A stretch of DNA of 56,630 nucleotides from an uncultured Candidatus Saccharibacteria bacterium (GCA_964356795.1 CAYHIK010000007.1:1-56630); one strand, 5' to 3'; counted from the first letter of the stretch, positions 1 to 9,440 are shown. Numbers and translations: made by a program. The notes: generated from the sequence alone by a model not told the origin.

Positions 1-99
1 AGACCCCTAATTTCCTGGGGGGACACGGTAGGATCGGTAACAGGGAGTAAGTCGTAACAAGGCAAGGGTAGCGGAAGCTGCTCTTGGATCACCTCCTTT
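1..99 (+). rRNA. rrs: 16S rRNA, 3' end (partial)
   Basis: AAGTCGTAACAAGG, helix 45 (CAAGGGTAGC-GGAA-GCTGCTCTTG) and the GGATCACCTCCTTT anti-SD tail. Confidence 0.97.
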
Positions 100-292
100 C
101 TATTCTTTTTTCTTCGTGAAAAGAGATGAGGGAAAGGTAAAAGAAGTCGATATAGGGTGTACGTCGCATTGCCTTCACGGGTAGTACGGCGTACGAGCTA
201 TGCTGGGTCCGACAGCGAAATCGGAGTTCCATTAATGGTGCTAGGAACTAAATCGCACTCTGGGACTGATTGACTGTGTAAGATAGGAAAAC

Positions 293-316
293 CAAAAACC
301 CCTCACGGGGTTTTTG
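293..316 (+). terminator. Intrinsic terminator closing the 16S transcript
   Basis: CAAAAACCCC-TCAC-GGGGTTTTTG hairpin with T run. Confidence 0.75.
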
Positions 317-332
317 TGTGGTATACTGAACC

Positions 333-530
333 ATCGTCGGCGAGTCCCGCAGGACCTAAATGGCTTGCCTTGGGTAGGTACGAGCCCACACGGTCCGTTG
401 AGCGATCGACGGCGGGAGATTGGCCTCGCAATGCGTAATGTATCGTGCCAAGGTCAACGCGCCCCGGTGAGCGCATGCCACAACAGCTTCAGTTCCGCAG
501 GCCCAGGGCACAGCGCCTGGGCCATTTTTT
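333..530 (+). ncRNA. Candidate structured ncRNA of unknown family
   Basis: Extended -10 TGTGGTATACT (317-327), nested stems, terminator GGCCCAGG/CCTGGGCC+T at 500-530, no convincing ORF. Confidence 0.4.
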
Positions 531-551
531 ATGGTATACTTTGAGTACGAT

Positions 552-857
552 ATGGCTGTCCCTGTTCCATCTGTACCCGTCATTCCTGCGGCTACCGTCG
601 CGCCTCTCTGGGGCTCGCCCGAAGGCTTTCTTTCATCGCTCATCGGACCCACACAGTTCTCGATTGATACGCCAATTCTTCTCGTACTCTTTTTGCTCGC
701 ATGTATTGGATTTGCGGGGATGTCGATTATTTTAACCTATCACTGGCGGAAGTTTCAGTTTGATGCCCCCGTGCTTCAGCGTGCTGAGCGACTCTACTAT
801 ATCGGCTCTGGTCTGCTTCTTGGCATCGCGCTCGTGTCGATTATCTTCACTCTTTAG
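552..857 (+). CDS. Small membrane protein, hypothetical
   Basis: Two hydrophobic helices; ATG at 552 follows a TATGGTATACT extended -10. Confidence 0.7.
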   Translation: MAVPVPSVPVIPAATVAPLWGSPEGFLSSLIGPTQFSIDTPILLVLFLLACIGFAGMSIILTYHWRKFQFDAPVLQRAERLYYIGSGLLLGIALVSIIFTL

Positions 858-860
858 CCC

Positions 861-1382
861 ATGTTTATTCCACTTGAAGAAGGCGAAGAGCTCATTGTCA
901 CCAAGCATCGGCATTGGATTTTTGTTGTTGCGCATATTCTGATGATGATAGGATTTGCGCTCCTGCTCCCGCTAGGCATCGTGGCAATCACCGTATGGTT
1001 TCCGGTGATTGTGCTCGAAGCGATGGGGCTTGCGAGCGTCGTGGCACTCACCGCACTCTGGACACTCATTGCGTGGATTATCTTCTGGCAGTTCTGGACC
1101 ACCTACTACCTCGATACATGGGTCATTACGAATCGGCGCATTATATTTATCGACCAGCGACGACTATGGGATCGCAATATCGCCCTCATGCGACTTGATA
1201 GGGTTCAGGATTTAGAAACGCGCATTGCGGGGGTCATTGGTACGCTCCTGAAGTATGGTTCGGTGCACGTGCAGAGTGCGGGCAACGAAGAGAACTTCGA
1301 TATCGAGCAGATTGCGAATCCCGATGAGTTGCGCGCCATTATTAGTGGTCTCGTCGGAAAGATGAAGGGTCGGGGAGTGTAG
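861..1382 (+). CDS. Membrane protein with bacterial PH (bPH_2) domain
   Basis: Two TM helices, then WVITNRRII...RVQD...YGSVHVQSAG pattern. Confidence 0.8.
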   Translation: MFIPLEEGEELIVTKHRHWIFVVAHILMMIGFALLLPLGIVAITVWFPVIVLEAMGLASVVALTALWTLIAWIIFWQFWTTYYLDTWVITNRRIIFIDQRRLWDRNIALMRLDRVQDLETRIAGVIGTLLKYGSVHVQSAGNEENFDIEQIANPDELRAIISGLVGKMKGRGV

Positions 1383-1397
1383 CGGTCTTGTGAGGCG

Positions 1398-1751
1398 CTA
1401 CTTGATGACCACCGAGCAGGTAGCGGATTTCCACTTGGAGCCGTCGAGGACGAACAGGTATGCGGTTTTGGTGCCCGCAGTCTTATAGTTCACCGTGAGT
1501 GGGCCGCTTCGTACAAAGCTTGCCGTGCCCTCGGGTGCGCTCCATATGTAGAGCGTGCCTTCAGGGAGCGACGTGGAGAAAGTGACTGATTGAGACGGTT
1601 TGGCGGTGAGCGCACTTGGCGCGCATACGATTTCTCCTGCAGAGGAGCGACCGGCGTCGAATGCGTATTGCGTCGTGATTCCAGAGAATCCGATATAAAT
1701 TCCCACACTTACGATGATCGCGAGCATGATGGCTACAAAGAGAGGATTCAT
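1398..1751 (-). CDS. Membrane-anchored or secreted protein with PKD/Ig-like beta domain
   Basis: N-terminal TM, beta-rich body with a Cys pair (YKTAGTKTA). Confidence 0.65.
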   Translation of the reverse strand: MNPLFVAIMLAIIVSVGIYIGFSGITTQYAFDAGRSSAGEIVCAPSALTAKPSQSVTFSTSLPEGTLYIWSAPEGTASFVRSGPLTVNYKTAGTKTAYLFVLDGSKWKSATCSVVIK

Positions 1752-1766
1752 GTGCCTAGTATACTC

Positions 1767-2519
1767 CTAGCGAACCTGATAGATGATGGTCACGTTGACC
1801 GTGATTTCATTTTCACCTACAGGAATTTCTGGAGCAGGAACTGATTCAGCTTTAATTCCCATCATATCTCCACCGCCGCGACCGTACATGATGGGTGGGT
1901 TGTAATCGCCCGACTCACTGAAGCCGACAATCTTTCCGAGATTGAGCCCGAGATCCTCCTCCAACTCTTCAGCTTTTGCATTTGCGTCATCGATTGCTTT
2001 CTTGCGCGCCTCTGCCTTGAGCTGGTCTGGGTCATCAATTTCAAATCGGAGACCGTTGACCTGGTTTGCGCCCGCGGCAACAACGCCGTCAAGAATGTCG
2101 TTCGCCTTGTCCATGTCGCGAATCTTGACGGTGAGTGACTGGGTTACCTGGTATCCACGAATGATACTGCGACCATTGGTGTAGTCGTACTGCGGGTAAA
2201 TGTTGTATCCACTTGTTCGGATGTCCTCTTCTTTGACGCCCGCTCCCTTGAGGTAGTCAACGACTGACTTTGATTTTTTATTTGCTTCGTCTTGCGCAGC
2301 TTTTGCGGTGAAGCCCTCCTCATTGATGGCCACTTCTGCAACTGCTACATCGGGCTTCGCGAGCATAGTTCCGACTCCGCTCACACTGATGACGTCCCCG
2401 ACATTTCCCATGCGACCCATGCGGTCGATGCCTTGCCAGAGCCAGATACCAGAAAGGACGAGAACTGCTACAAGCACCCACCCACCCACTTGAAGCTGCT
2501 TTTGAAATTTTTCAATCAT
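1767..2519 (-). CDS. SIMPL (DUF541) domain protein
   Basis: ISVSGVG..PDVA, IRTSGYNIYPQYDY, ARKKAIDDA motifs; start codon uncertain (2519 or 2537). Confidence 0.9.
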   Translation of the reverse strand: MIEKFQKQLQVGGWVLVAVLVLSGIWLWQGIDRMGRMGNVGDVISVSGVGTMLAKPDVAVAEVAINEEGFTAKAAQDEANKKSKSVVDYLKGAGVKEEDIRTSGYNIYPQYDYTNGRSIIRGYQVTQSLTVKIRDMDKANDILDGVVAAGANQVNGLRFEIDDPDQLKAEARKKAIDDANAKAEELEEDLGLNLGKIVGFSESGDYNPPIMYGRGGGDMMGIKAESVPAPEIPVGENEITVNVTIIYQVR

Positions 2520-2570
2520 GGCTTGAGGTTTATGCATTAATACTGCTACTATCATAGCATTATTTTCGCT

Positions 2571-3053
2571 ATGAATCACTCCACTAGCAACCCTCCGAAT
2601 ATATCAATTATAGCCCACAATGTGCGGAGTATTTTGAATGTAGGCTCATTCTTTCGCACTGCTGATGCGGCTGGGGTTGGGCATATTTGGTTGACGGGCT
2701 ACACGCCAGGGCCCGACACGCATCCGGAGCGTATTGCAAAGACTGCGCTTGGCGCAGAGGCGATGGTGCCGTGGAGTCGCATGAAGAGGGTGGGGGATGT
2801 GATCGCGCGACTCAGGAGAGAGGGTGTTCAGGTTATTGCACTTGAGCAGACGAAATCGTCGATTGATTATCGTGCGTGCTCGCCAAAATTTCCAATTGCT
2901 ATGATCGTGGGTAATGAAGTCGATGGGGTGGGGGTGGCTGCGCGCAAAGCCGATGTCATCATCGAGATTCCTATGCGCGGCACCAAGGAGTCTCTCAATG
3001 TTTCAGTTGCGCTTGGGGTGGCGCTCTACGAGCTGACGAGAGGATGGGAATAG
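2571..3053 (+). CDS. TrmH/SpoU family RNA methyltransferase
   Basis: NVGSFFRTADA, GNEVDG, IPMRGTKESLNVSVA SPOUT motifs. Confidence 0.92.
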   Translation: MNHSTSNPPNISIIAHNVRSILNVGSFFRTADAAGVGHIWLTGYTPGPDTHPERIAKTALGAEAMVPWSRMKRVGDVIARLRREGVQVIALEQTKSSIDYRACSPKFPIAMIVGNEVDGVGVAARKADVIIEIPMRGTKESLNVSVALGVALYELTRGWE

Positions 3054-3253
3054 GGTAAAGCTCTAACGTCGCACAATCTCGGAATTGAGACATGGGAGAT
3101 GTCGCAATTCCGAGCTACGTTTTGCAACACAAAGAGTGTGATCGCAAAACGTAGCTTGAGTTGCCGATGCGTCGCTCTTCAAGAAAAAAGAATAAAAAAT
3201 CGCCGGAATGAATCGGGCGATTTTTACTGAAATTACGCGGAGCGCGGAACAAT

Positions 3254-3589
3254 TTAGTGAACGAATGTATTATTCGGAACGATGACGGTACGGTCCTGCC
3301 AAGGAGACTCTGAGCCGAGACGATACACGAGGACTCCATTTCGACTCGCGAAGCTGACGAGGCCACCGTCGCTCGACTGACACGTACTACAGAGGCTTGC
3401 GAGTCTCCAGTAGGATCCTTGGCAGATTTCGGGGTCGTGTGCTGAGGTTCCGATAATCAGAGGAATACGGATCCAGTAGACGCTGTGGTGGCTGAAGCAG
3501 ACATCGCAGCGTCGACCTGCGGGTGCGCCATTCTGCGTGCCAAACTTCGTGACCGCTGGCGGGGTGGGCGGTTTGGGGACGCTAGCCAT
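3254..3589 (-). CDS. Hypothetical protein with two CxxC motifs (possible Zn finger)
   Basis: CDVC...CSTC; GGAGG upstream and a hairpin terminator downstream at about 3195-3226. Confidence 0.55.
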   Translation of the reverse strand: MASVPKPPTPPAVTKFGTQNGAPAGRRCDVCFSHHSVYWIRIPLIIGTSAHDPEICQGSYWRLASLCSTCQSSDGGLVSFASRNGVLVYRLGSESPWQDRTVIVPNNTFVH

Positions 3590-3672
3590 GTGGCCCTCCG
3601 AAATCCATTATGCGACACTATTGGGGGGGGGTGTCTCGTAAACCGTGCTGGATTGCGTATGATAGAAAGAAC

Positions 3673-4317
3673 ATGGTGAAGGTACCCCATACGACAATCG
3701 AACGCAATCTGTTGGCGTCTGGATACGACTCCCTCATCGGTATTGATGAGGTTGGTATGGGCTGTCTCGCCGGCCCCGTGGTAGTGTGTGCGCTCGCAGT
3801 GTCTCCTGAATTTTACAACACAAAACATCGGCGACTCGCGGGAATGCGAGACTCAAAGCTCCTCTCACCTACTCAGCGAACGCGCCTCGCAGCCGAACTC
3901 GAGGGTATCCCGGGGCTCGTCTGGCGAACCGCGCTGTGTGAGCCGGCGGAGATTGACAGGATAAATATTTATCAGGCAAGTCGCGTTGCGATGCGCCGTG
4001 CAGTTTCCGAGCTTCCGCTTTCTGATAATCCAATGGTGCTGGTTGATGGGAATAAACGCATCCATGATTTTAAGCTACCGCAAATGCCCATCGTGAAGGG
4101 TGACCAAAAGATCTGGGCGATTGCTGCGGCGTCGGTGCTTGCAAAGGTGTATCGAGATCGATTAATGGAGCAGTATGCGCGTGAATACCCGCTGTATGGC
4201 CTCGAGGTTCATAAGGGATACGCAACGAAGATGCATCGGGAGGCAATCGCGATTCACGGCCCCTGCCCCATTCATCGGCGCTCATTTCGGGGTGTCTTGA
4301 CCGAAGAGATTCGCTAG
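3673..4317 (+). CDS. rnhB: Ribonuclease HII
   Basis: GIDEVG..LAGPVV, DSK, DG, KGD..AAASVLAK, HRRSF motifs. Confidence 0.95.
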   Translation: MVKVPHTTIERNLLASGYDSLIGIDEVGMGCLAGPVVVCALAVSPEFYNTKHRRLAGMRDSKLLSPTQRTRLAAELEGIPGLVWRTALCEPAEIDRINIYQASRVAMRRAVSELPLSDNPMVLVDGNKRIHDFKLPQMPIVKGDQKIWAIAAASVLAKVYRDRLMEQYAREYPLYGLEVHKGYATKMHREAIAIHGPCPIHRRSFRGVLTEEIR

Positions 4318-4347
4318 CGCAGAATAGCGCATCAGTCCTTTTACTAG

Positions 4348-5031
4348 GTGGAGGCGGTTATGGCCGAGCGTGCTCGTACTCGAATTCGGCGATGGCTCGT
4401 CTCTCTGGGTCGTCGTTTGATTGAGGCCTCTCTTGTCACCGTTGTGCTCCTGCTTGCCACGGCAATCTGGTGGACGAAGTTCGGCGTGCGTGACTATAAG
4501 TTGGTCATGCTGTCGGGTGAGCACGGTTTCTACGGAGTGATCGAGGACCCGGAAGTGTTTATTCCGGGTACAAAGATTATTTCGTTTGATGCGGTGTTTG
4601 TGCCATCGAGGATTGGGCGAGTGTTGATGCGAGTCCTCTCTCCCGTTGGGCTTCTCTTCCCTGTGGCGGAGGTTGTCGAGGTTTCCATCTCGTATCAACT
4701 TCCCCATGAGAAAGAAGTGCGTACATGGGAGCGCACCTACTGGCTTGCGTGTAGTGAAAACGCGCTTGAGTGCGTCACCATGTACAACCTCATCGGAGTC
4801 ATGATTCGAGGCCCGCAGCTCGTATTTGTGGACACAGGCAAGGATTGGGTGTACCTGCGTGGGCAACTCATTCCCCGCAATTCTGGAGGGTCCCCAAAGG
4901 CACAGCCGACTCCCTCACCGTCTCCGCAACGATATCGACGACCCCAGCCAACCCCACCTGCGGGTATTCTCGAAGTCCGCGTTCACGTCCCGCCTGTTCA
5001 TAAGGCGGGACGTATCTTTTTCATACCGTGA
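4348..5031 (+). CDS. Hypothetical membrane-anchored protein
   Basis: 227-aa ORF, N-terminal TM, Pro-rich tail; no family recognised. Confidence 0.55.
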   Translation: MEAVMAERARTRIRRWLVSLGRRLIEASLVTVVLLLATAIWWTKFGVRDYKLVMLSGEHGFYGVIEDPEVFIPGTKIISFDAVFVPSRIGRVLMRVLSPVGLLFPVAEVVEVSISYQLPHEKEVRTWERTYWLACSENALECVTMYNLIGVMIRGPQLVFVDTGKDWVYLRGQLIPRNSGGSPKAQPTPSPSPQRYRRPQPTPPAGILEVRVHVPPVHKAGRIFFIP

Positions 5032-5044
5032 TAAAATAAACGAT

Positions 5045-6073
5045 ATGGCAAACATCGCAATTAACGGCTTCGGCCGAATCGGTCGCGCATTCCTCAAGCT
5101 CGCGCTCACGCATCCTGAGCTAAACGTTGTAGCAATTAATGATTTAGGAGATCCTGCAAATCTTGCATACCTTCTCCGTTTCGATTCTGCGTATGGTCGC
5201 TACAATCAACCTGTGTCGGTGGAAGATGCAGATGGAAAAAAGCTCCTCGTTATCGGTGATAGACGCATGATGTTTCTCCAGGAAAAAGACCCAGTCAAGC
5301 TCCCCTGGGAAGCACTTGATGTCGATGTTGTGGTAGAGGCCACGGGTGTGTTTGAGAGTTTTGAGAAGTCACGAGTTCATCTGGAGGCTGGCGCGAAGCG
5401 TGTGGTGCTCACCGCTCCTGCAAAAGACGATGATGTCGCTGATGCGAAGACGGTATTGATGGGCGTGAATCCCGAAGCGTTGAAGACGTGCGTCCTTTCG
5501 AGTAACGGCTCATGCACCACAAACTCCGCATCGCCCGTGATGCAAATTTTGAGTGAGGAGTTGGGGATTAAGAAGGCGTTCTTGAATACGGTGCACGGGT
5601 ACACCGCCACGCAGAATCTCATTGATGGTCCCGTGAAGGGCTCTGATTTCCGGCGTGGACGCGCAGCGGCTGCCAACATCACACCATCTACCACTGGCGC
5701 AGCAATTGCGGTAGCGCGAGCGATTGATGGCATGGAGGGGAAATTTGATGGCATTGCATTGCGGGTGCCGGTGCTCACCGGTTCAATGTCGTGTATCACG
5801 TTTGTGTCGAAGCAAAAGACGACCGTCGAAGAAATCAATGATATTCTCACGCTCGCTGCCGCTGACGAGCGATGGAGGGGAATTTTCACAACGACCAGCG
5901 ACCAGCTTGTCTCTTCCGATATCATCGGCGATCCCCATGCTTCAATCGCCGATCTTTCGCTCACAAAAGTTGTCGATGGCGACCTATGCGCGGTGTATAC
6001 CTGGTATGACAACGAATTTGGCTACACCAATACGTTGGTACAACATGTTTTGCTAGCAGCAAAACATGTCTAG
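5045..6073 (+). CDS. gap: Type I glyceraldehyde-3-phosphate dehydrogenase
   Basis: INGFGRIGR, SNGSCTTN, WYDNE motifs. Confidence 0.97.
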   Translation: MANIAINGFGRIGRAFLKLALTHPELNVVAINDLGDPANLAYLLRFDSAYGRYNQPVSVEDADGKKLLVIGDRRMMFLQEKDPVKLPWEALDVDVVVEATGVFESFEKSRVHLEAGAKRVVLTAPAKDDDVADAKTVLMGVNPEALKTCVLSSNGSCTTNSASPVMQILSEELGIKKAFLNTVHGYTATQNLIDGPVKGSDFRRGRAAAANITPSTTGAAIAVARAIDGMEGKFDGIALRVPVLTGSMSCITFVSKQKTTVEEINDILTLAAADERWRGIFTTTSDQLVSSDIIGDPHASIADLSLTKVVDGDLCAVYTWYDNEFGYTNTLVQHVLLAAKHV

Positions 6074-6191
6074 CTTCAGATTTGGCACATTTCTTTGTCG
6101 TCGCCTCCGCATCCCGTTCCGACGCAGCGCAAGCTTATGCGTCTCACGGCGTGCTCGGCTCCTCCTCGAACTGCATCCAAATCTGAAGCTA
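6071..6191. repeat. MITE/REP-like element with 15-bp perfect terminal inverted repeats (family D)
   Basis: TAGCTTCAGATTTGG ... CCAAATCTGAAGCTA; internal GACGCA/TGCGTC hairpin resembles 54155-54210. Confidence 0.65.
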
Positions 6192-6214
6192 CCAACTGAA
6201 ACAAGCAAAAACAT

Positions 6215-6586
6215 ATGAACGAAAATAATCAAAATATGAATCAACCAGTGTTGCCATCTCCGCAGCAAGAATTCCAACCACCCACCATTCAACCGAAGAA
6301 CGGTCCACGATTCACCGGGCGACGAACATACTGGATATGGTTTGCGGTGGGTATGGCAATCTTTTCTCTAGACATTATCGAGAGTGACTATTTTAGAGCT
6401 TTTGATTTCAATAGCGAAATAAAGGCTGTCCTGTATTGTCTTGCTATAATCCTTTCAGCCATACTTTACTTTAGTGGGGTGAGTGCTCCAGCGAGTCTCC
6501 GAGGTTTTATACATGGACTTATTGCGGGGCTTGGAGTTGTCTTAGCTAGTATTTTGGTGGAAACCATGATCAGGGGGTTAATATAG
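6215..6586 (+). CDS. Hypothetical membrane protein (3 TM)
   Basis: Clean ORF, hydrophobic, ends 2 nt before the transketolase start. Confidence 0.7.
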   Translation: MNENNQNMNQPVLPSPQQEFQPPTIQPKNGPRFTGRRTYWIWFAVGMAIFSLDIIESDYFRAFDFNSEIKAVLYCLAIILSAILYFSGVSAPASLRGFIHGLIAGLGVVLASILVETMIRGLI

Positions 6587-6588
6587 GC

Positions 6589-7452
6589 ATGTCCGAATAC
6601 ATTTCTGAAAGCAAAATCAAAGAATTGGAGCTGAAGGCGAATGACATTCGCCAGAGCATTATTGAGATGCTTGTTTCGGCGGGTTCGGGGCATACGGCAG
6701 GCCCCATGGGCATGGCGGACATATATACGGCCATGTATTTTCATGTACTCCATCACGACCCGAAGAATCCCGATATGGCAGATCGTGATCGTTTGATTTT
6801 ATCCAATGGGCACACATGCCCTGTGCGCTATGCGGCGATGGCGCATGCAGGGTACTTCCCTGTTTCCGAGCTCCTTACACTCCGAAAATTTGGAACTCGC
6901 CTGCAGGGACATCCTGAGCGCGAGCGCCTGCCGGGACTAGAGACAACATCGGGTCCACTGGGGTCGGGCCTTGGTCAAGCAATTGGCATGGCGCTGGTGG
7001 CGCGTATGGACGGTGCAAAATGGCGTACGTATTGTTTTATGGGCGACGGGGAACTCGACGAGGGCATTGTGTGGGAGTCGGCGATGCTGGCGGGGAAATA
7101 TCGTCTTCATAATCTGACCGTTGTTGTGGATCGGAATAACATTCAAATCGACGGCATGACTGAAGATGTGATGCCATTAGAGTCGCTGCGCGCAAAATGG
7201 GAAGCATTTAACTGGCATGTGCTGGAAGTTGATGGGCACAATATCGAATCCTTCGTGGATGCCGTCGAGCAAGCGAAGGCGATTTACGAGAAGCCGACAG
7301 TCATCATCGCGCATACGATTCCGGGAAAGGGAATTAAAGAAATTGAATTTGACTACAAATGGCATGGCATTCCCCCGAAGCAAGAGGAGGCAAAGAAGTT
7401 TCTCAACGAGCTCCGAACACTTCGGGGTACTATTATGAGCGAACATGAATAG
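6589..7452 (+). CDS. Transketolase, N-terminal (ThDP-binding) subunit
   Basis: SGH, DRLILSNGH, LQGHP, GDGELDEG motifs. Confidence 0.95.
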   Translation: MSEYISESKIKELELKANDIRQSIIEMLVSAGSGHTAGPMGMADIYTAMYFHVLHHDPKNPDMADRDRLILSNGHTCPVRYAAMAHAGYFPVSELLTLRKFGTRLQGHPERERLPGLETTSGPLGSGLGQAIGMALVARMDGAKWRTYCFMGDGELDEGIVWESAMLAGKYRLHNLTVVVDRNNIQIDGMTEDVMPLESLRAKWEAFNWHVLEVDGHNIESFVDAVEQAKAIYEKPTVIIAHTIPGKGIKEIEFDYKWHGIPPKQEEAKKFLNELRTLRGTIMSEHE

Positions 7453-7822
7453 CACTATGACGCGCGATATTACGCTTATGTTTTCTGTGCTCCTTTCAGT
7501 TGTCTCGCTCGTGTTTGGGGTTTACAAAAATGTTGAGGCAAGAAACGCGAAGAGTTTTGCATATCAGCAGGCGTATGAAGTTCTCGCTATTGTGGCACAG
7601 TCCAATATGAACCCCTATCTCAAGGCGCAGATTACGGACGCAGCCTTAGCGAGTATTGGCACGCCACCCCCGGTTATTGATGTTGGCCGCTCGAGTGCGG
7701 ATACTGCAACCGTGCCCGCAGTGTGCCCTCAGAAAGAGGTGGGCGCGTGCATTCATGCGGCGAGCATCCAAGATGTCTCGCGCATGCGGGAGTGTATATC
7801 CTGTTTTGGAATCAAAAAATAA
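7445..7822 (+). CDS. Hypothetical membrane-anchored protein with Cys-rich C-terminus
   Basis: ORF overlapping both transketolase halves; N-terminal TM. Confidence 0.65.
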   Translation: MNSTMTRDITLMFSVLLSVVSLVFGVYKNVEARNAKSFAYQQAYEVLAIVAQSNMNPYLKAQITDAALASIGTPPPVIDVGRSSADTATVPAVCPQKEVGACIHAASIQDVSRMRECISCFGIKK

Positions 7823-8772
7823 TGGAAATAATCAAAGAGCAAATTCCAATTCGAGATGGGTATGGGAAGGGACTTGTTGCGCTCGGTGAGAAGGATGAGC
7901 GAATTGTGGTGCTGTGCGCCGATCTTACCGAGTCCACGCGGAGTCATTGGTTTGCGGAGAAGTTTCCTCACCGATTTTTTGAGGTTGGAGTTGCAGAGCA
8001 AAATCTTGCGGTGATTGCATCGGGGATGGCGGCCTCGGGAAAGATTCCATTTATATCAAGCTATGCCACATTTAGCCCTGGCAGGAATAACGAACAAATT
8101 CGCACGAATATTTGCATCAATAATGTGCCAGTGAAAATCGCTGGTGCGCACGCGGGGATTAGCGTGGGTCCCGATGGCGCAACGCACCAGGCGCTCGAAG
8201 ATATTGCGCTGATGCGCGTACTCCCCCGTATGGTGGTGGTGGTGCCATGTGATGCGATTGAGGCAGAGAAGGCGACTATCGCAATTGCGAGTAATGGTCA
8301 GCCATCATATCTGCGCCTTGGGCGTGAGAAGTCACCTGTGCTCACGACGGCAGAAACTCCATTCGAGATTGGCAAGGCGATCACCTTGAGAGAAGGTGGC
8401 GATGTTGCAATCATCGCGTGTGGCGTCATGGTGCACGAAGCCCTGCGAGCCGCAGACGCGCTCGAGACCGAAGGTATTCAGTGTACGGTTTTAAATAATC
8501 ACACAATCAAGCCAATGGACAATGTTGCCGTTCTTGCTGCGGCAAAGCGCTGTGGCGCAATTGTTACTGCAGAAGAGCACCAAATTGCAGGCGGTATGGG
8601 CTCAGCGGTTGCCGAGCTCCTCGCGCGAGAGCTCCCCGTGCCTATCGAATTTGTGGGTATCCGAGATAGATTTGGAGAATCTGGGACGCCCGCTGAGCTT
8701 ATGAAAGCATTTGGCCTTACTGCGGAGTCTATTGTTTCAGCCGTAAAGAGGGTGATTTCTCGAAAGAAATAA
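7822..8772 (+). CDS. Transketolase, C-terminal subunit
   Basis: GVAEQN, GPDGATHQ, EEH..GGMGSAV motifs; TAATG coupling at 7820-7824. Confidence 0.95.
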   Translation: MEIIKEQIPIRDGYGKGLVALGEKDERIVVLCADLTESTRSHWFAEKFPHRFFEVGVAEQNLAVIASGMAASGKIPFISSYATFSPGRNNEQIRTNICINNVPVKIAGAHAGISVGPDGATHQALEDIALMRVLPRMVVVVPCDAIEAEKATIAIASNGQPSYLRLGREKSPVLTTAETPFEIGKAITLREGGDVAIIACGVMVHEALRAADALETEGIQCTVLNNHTIKPMDNVAVLAAAKRCGAIVTAEEHQIAGGMGSAVAELLARELPVPIEFVGIRDRFGESGTPAELMKAFGLTAESIVSAVKRVISRKK

Positions 8773-8800
8773 AACTAAAACCTCTCCAATTGGAGAGGTT

Positions 8801-9355
8801 TTAGTTTGCTTCGGGCTTGGGCTCCTTGAAGAGGAGTTTGAGCTTGGCAAAGTCGGCTTCGAGGAGAATCTTTGCGCTGGGGTCGCGAAGTGCGCGTTCG
8901 GGGTGGAACGTAGGGAGCAATCGGTAGCCACCGAGCGGGAACGTGCGCCCGTGGACATTCTCGATGGGAATACGAAGGCCTACCCCATTGAGTGCGATGT
9001 TGCCAAGCGTGACTACGATCTCTGGATTCACGGTGCGGATTTCCTCCTTGAGGAATGTGGCATGACTCTTGATTTCCTTCGGGGTCGGCATCTTGTCAGC
9101 GTCAGGGCGATATTTAATCACGTTCGTGACGTAGACTTTGCGGCGATCAATACCCGCTTCGCGGAGAAGTCTGTTGAGAAGCTTGGCATGCGGGCCACCA
9201 ATCGGCGCGCCATCTTTTTCACCATGGGGGTCGAGCATTTCGCTCACGACCACTACTTTGGCGCCGACGAGACCCTGTCCGAACACGAGTTTTCGGCCCT
9301 TGAATTTTTCCTTGAGGGCCTTATTGACCGAAGTGAGTGTCTTGATGTCGGTCAT
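8801..9355 (-). CDS. Uracil-DNA glycosylase family 4-like protein with degenerate motifs
   Basis: VFGQG, YVTNVIKYRP, IVVTLGN, TFHP; GEAPG motif replaced by SEMLD. Confidence 0.8.
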   Translation of the reverse strand: MTDIKTLTSVNKALKEKFKGRKLVFGQGLVGAKVVVVSEMLDPHGEKDGAPIGGPHAKLLNRLLREAGIDRRKVYVTNVIKYRPDADKMPTPKEIKSHATFLKEEIRTVNPEIVVTLGNIALNGVGLRIPIENVHGRTFPLGGYRLLPTFHPERALRDPSAKILLEADFAKLKLLFKEPKPEAN

Positions 9356-9407
9356 ACAATGTAGAAATAATAGCATAACTGACTTATTTTGGCAAGGTGC
9401 ATGGAGC

Positions 9408-9435
9408 TTGCAAGACACATAAGTTATGCTATAAT
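9408..9435 (+). promoter_or_regulatory. Sigma70-type promoter
   Basis: TTGCAA-16 nt-TATAAT with TG extension. Confidence 0.6.
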
Positions 9436-9440
9436 ATTGC

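Noticed and set aside
211-277. Hammerhead-like GAAA ... CTGATTGA in the 16S trailer
   Set aside because: The core has extra nucleotides and stems I and III cannot be formed convincingly.
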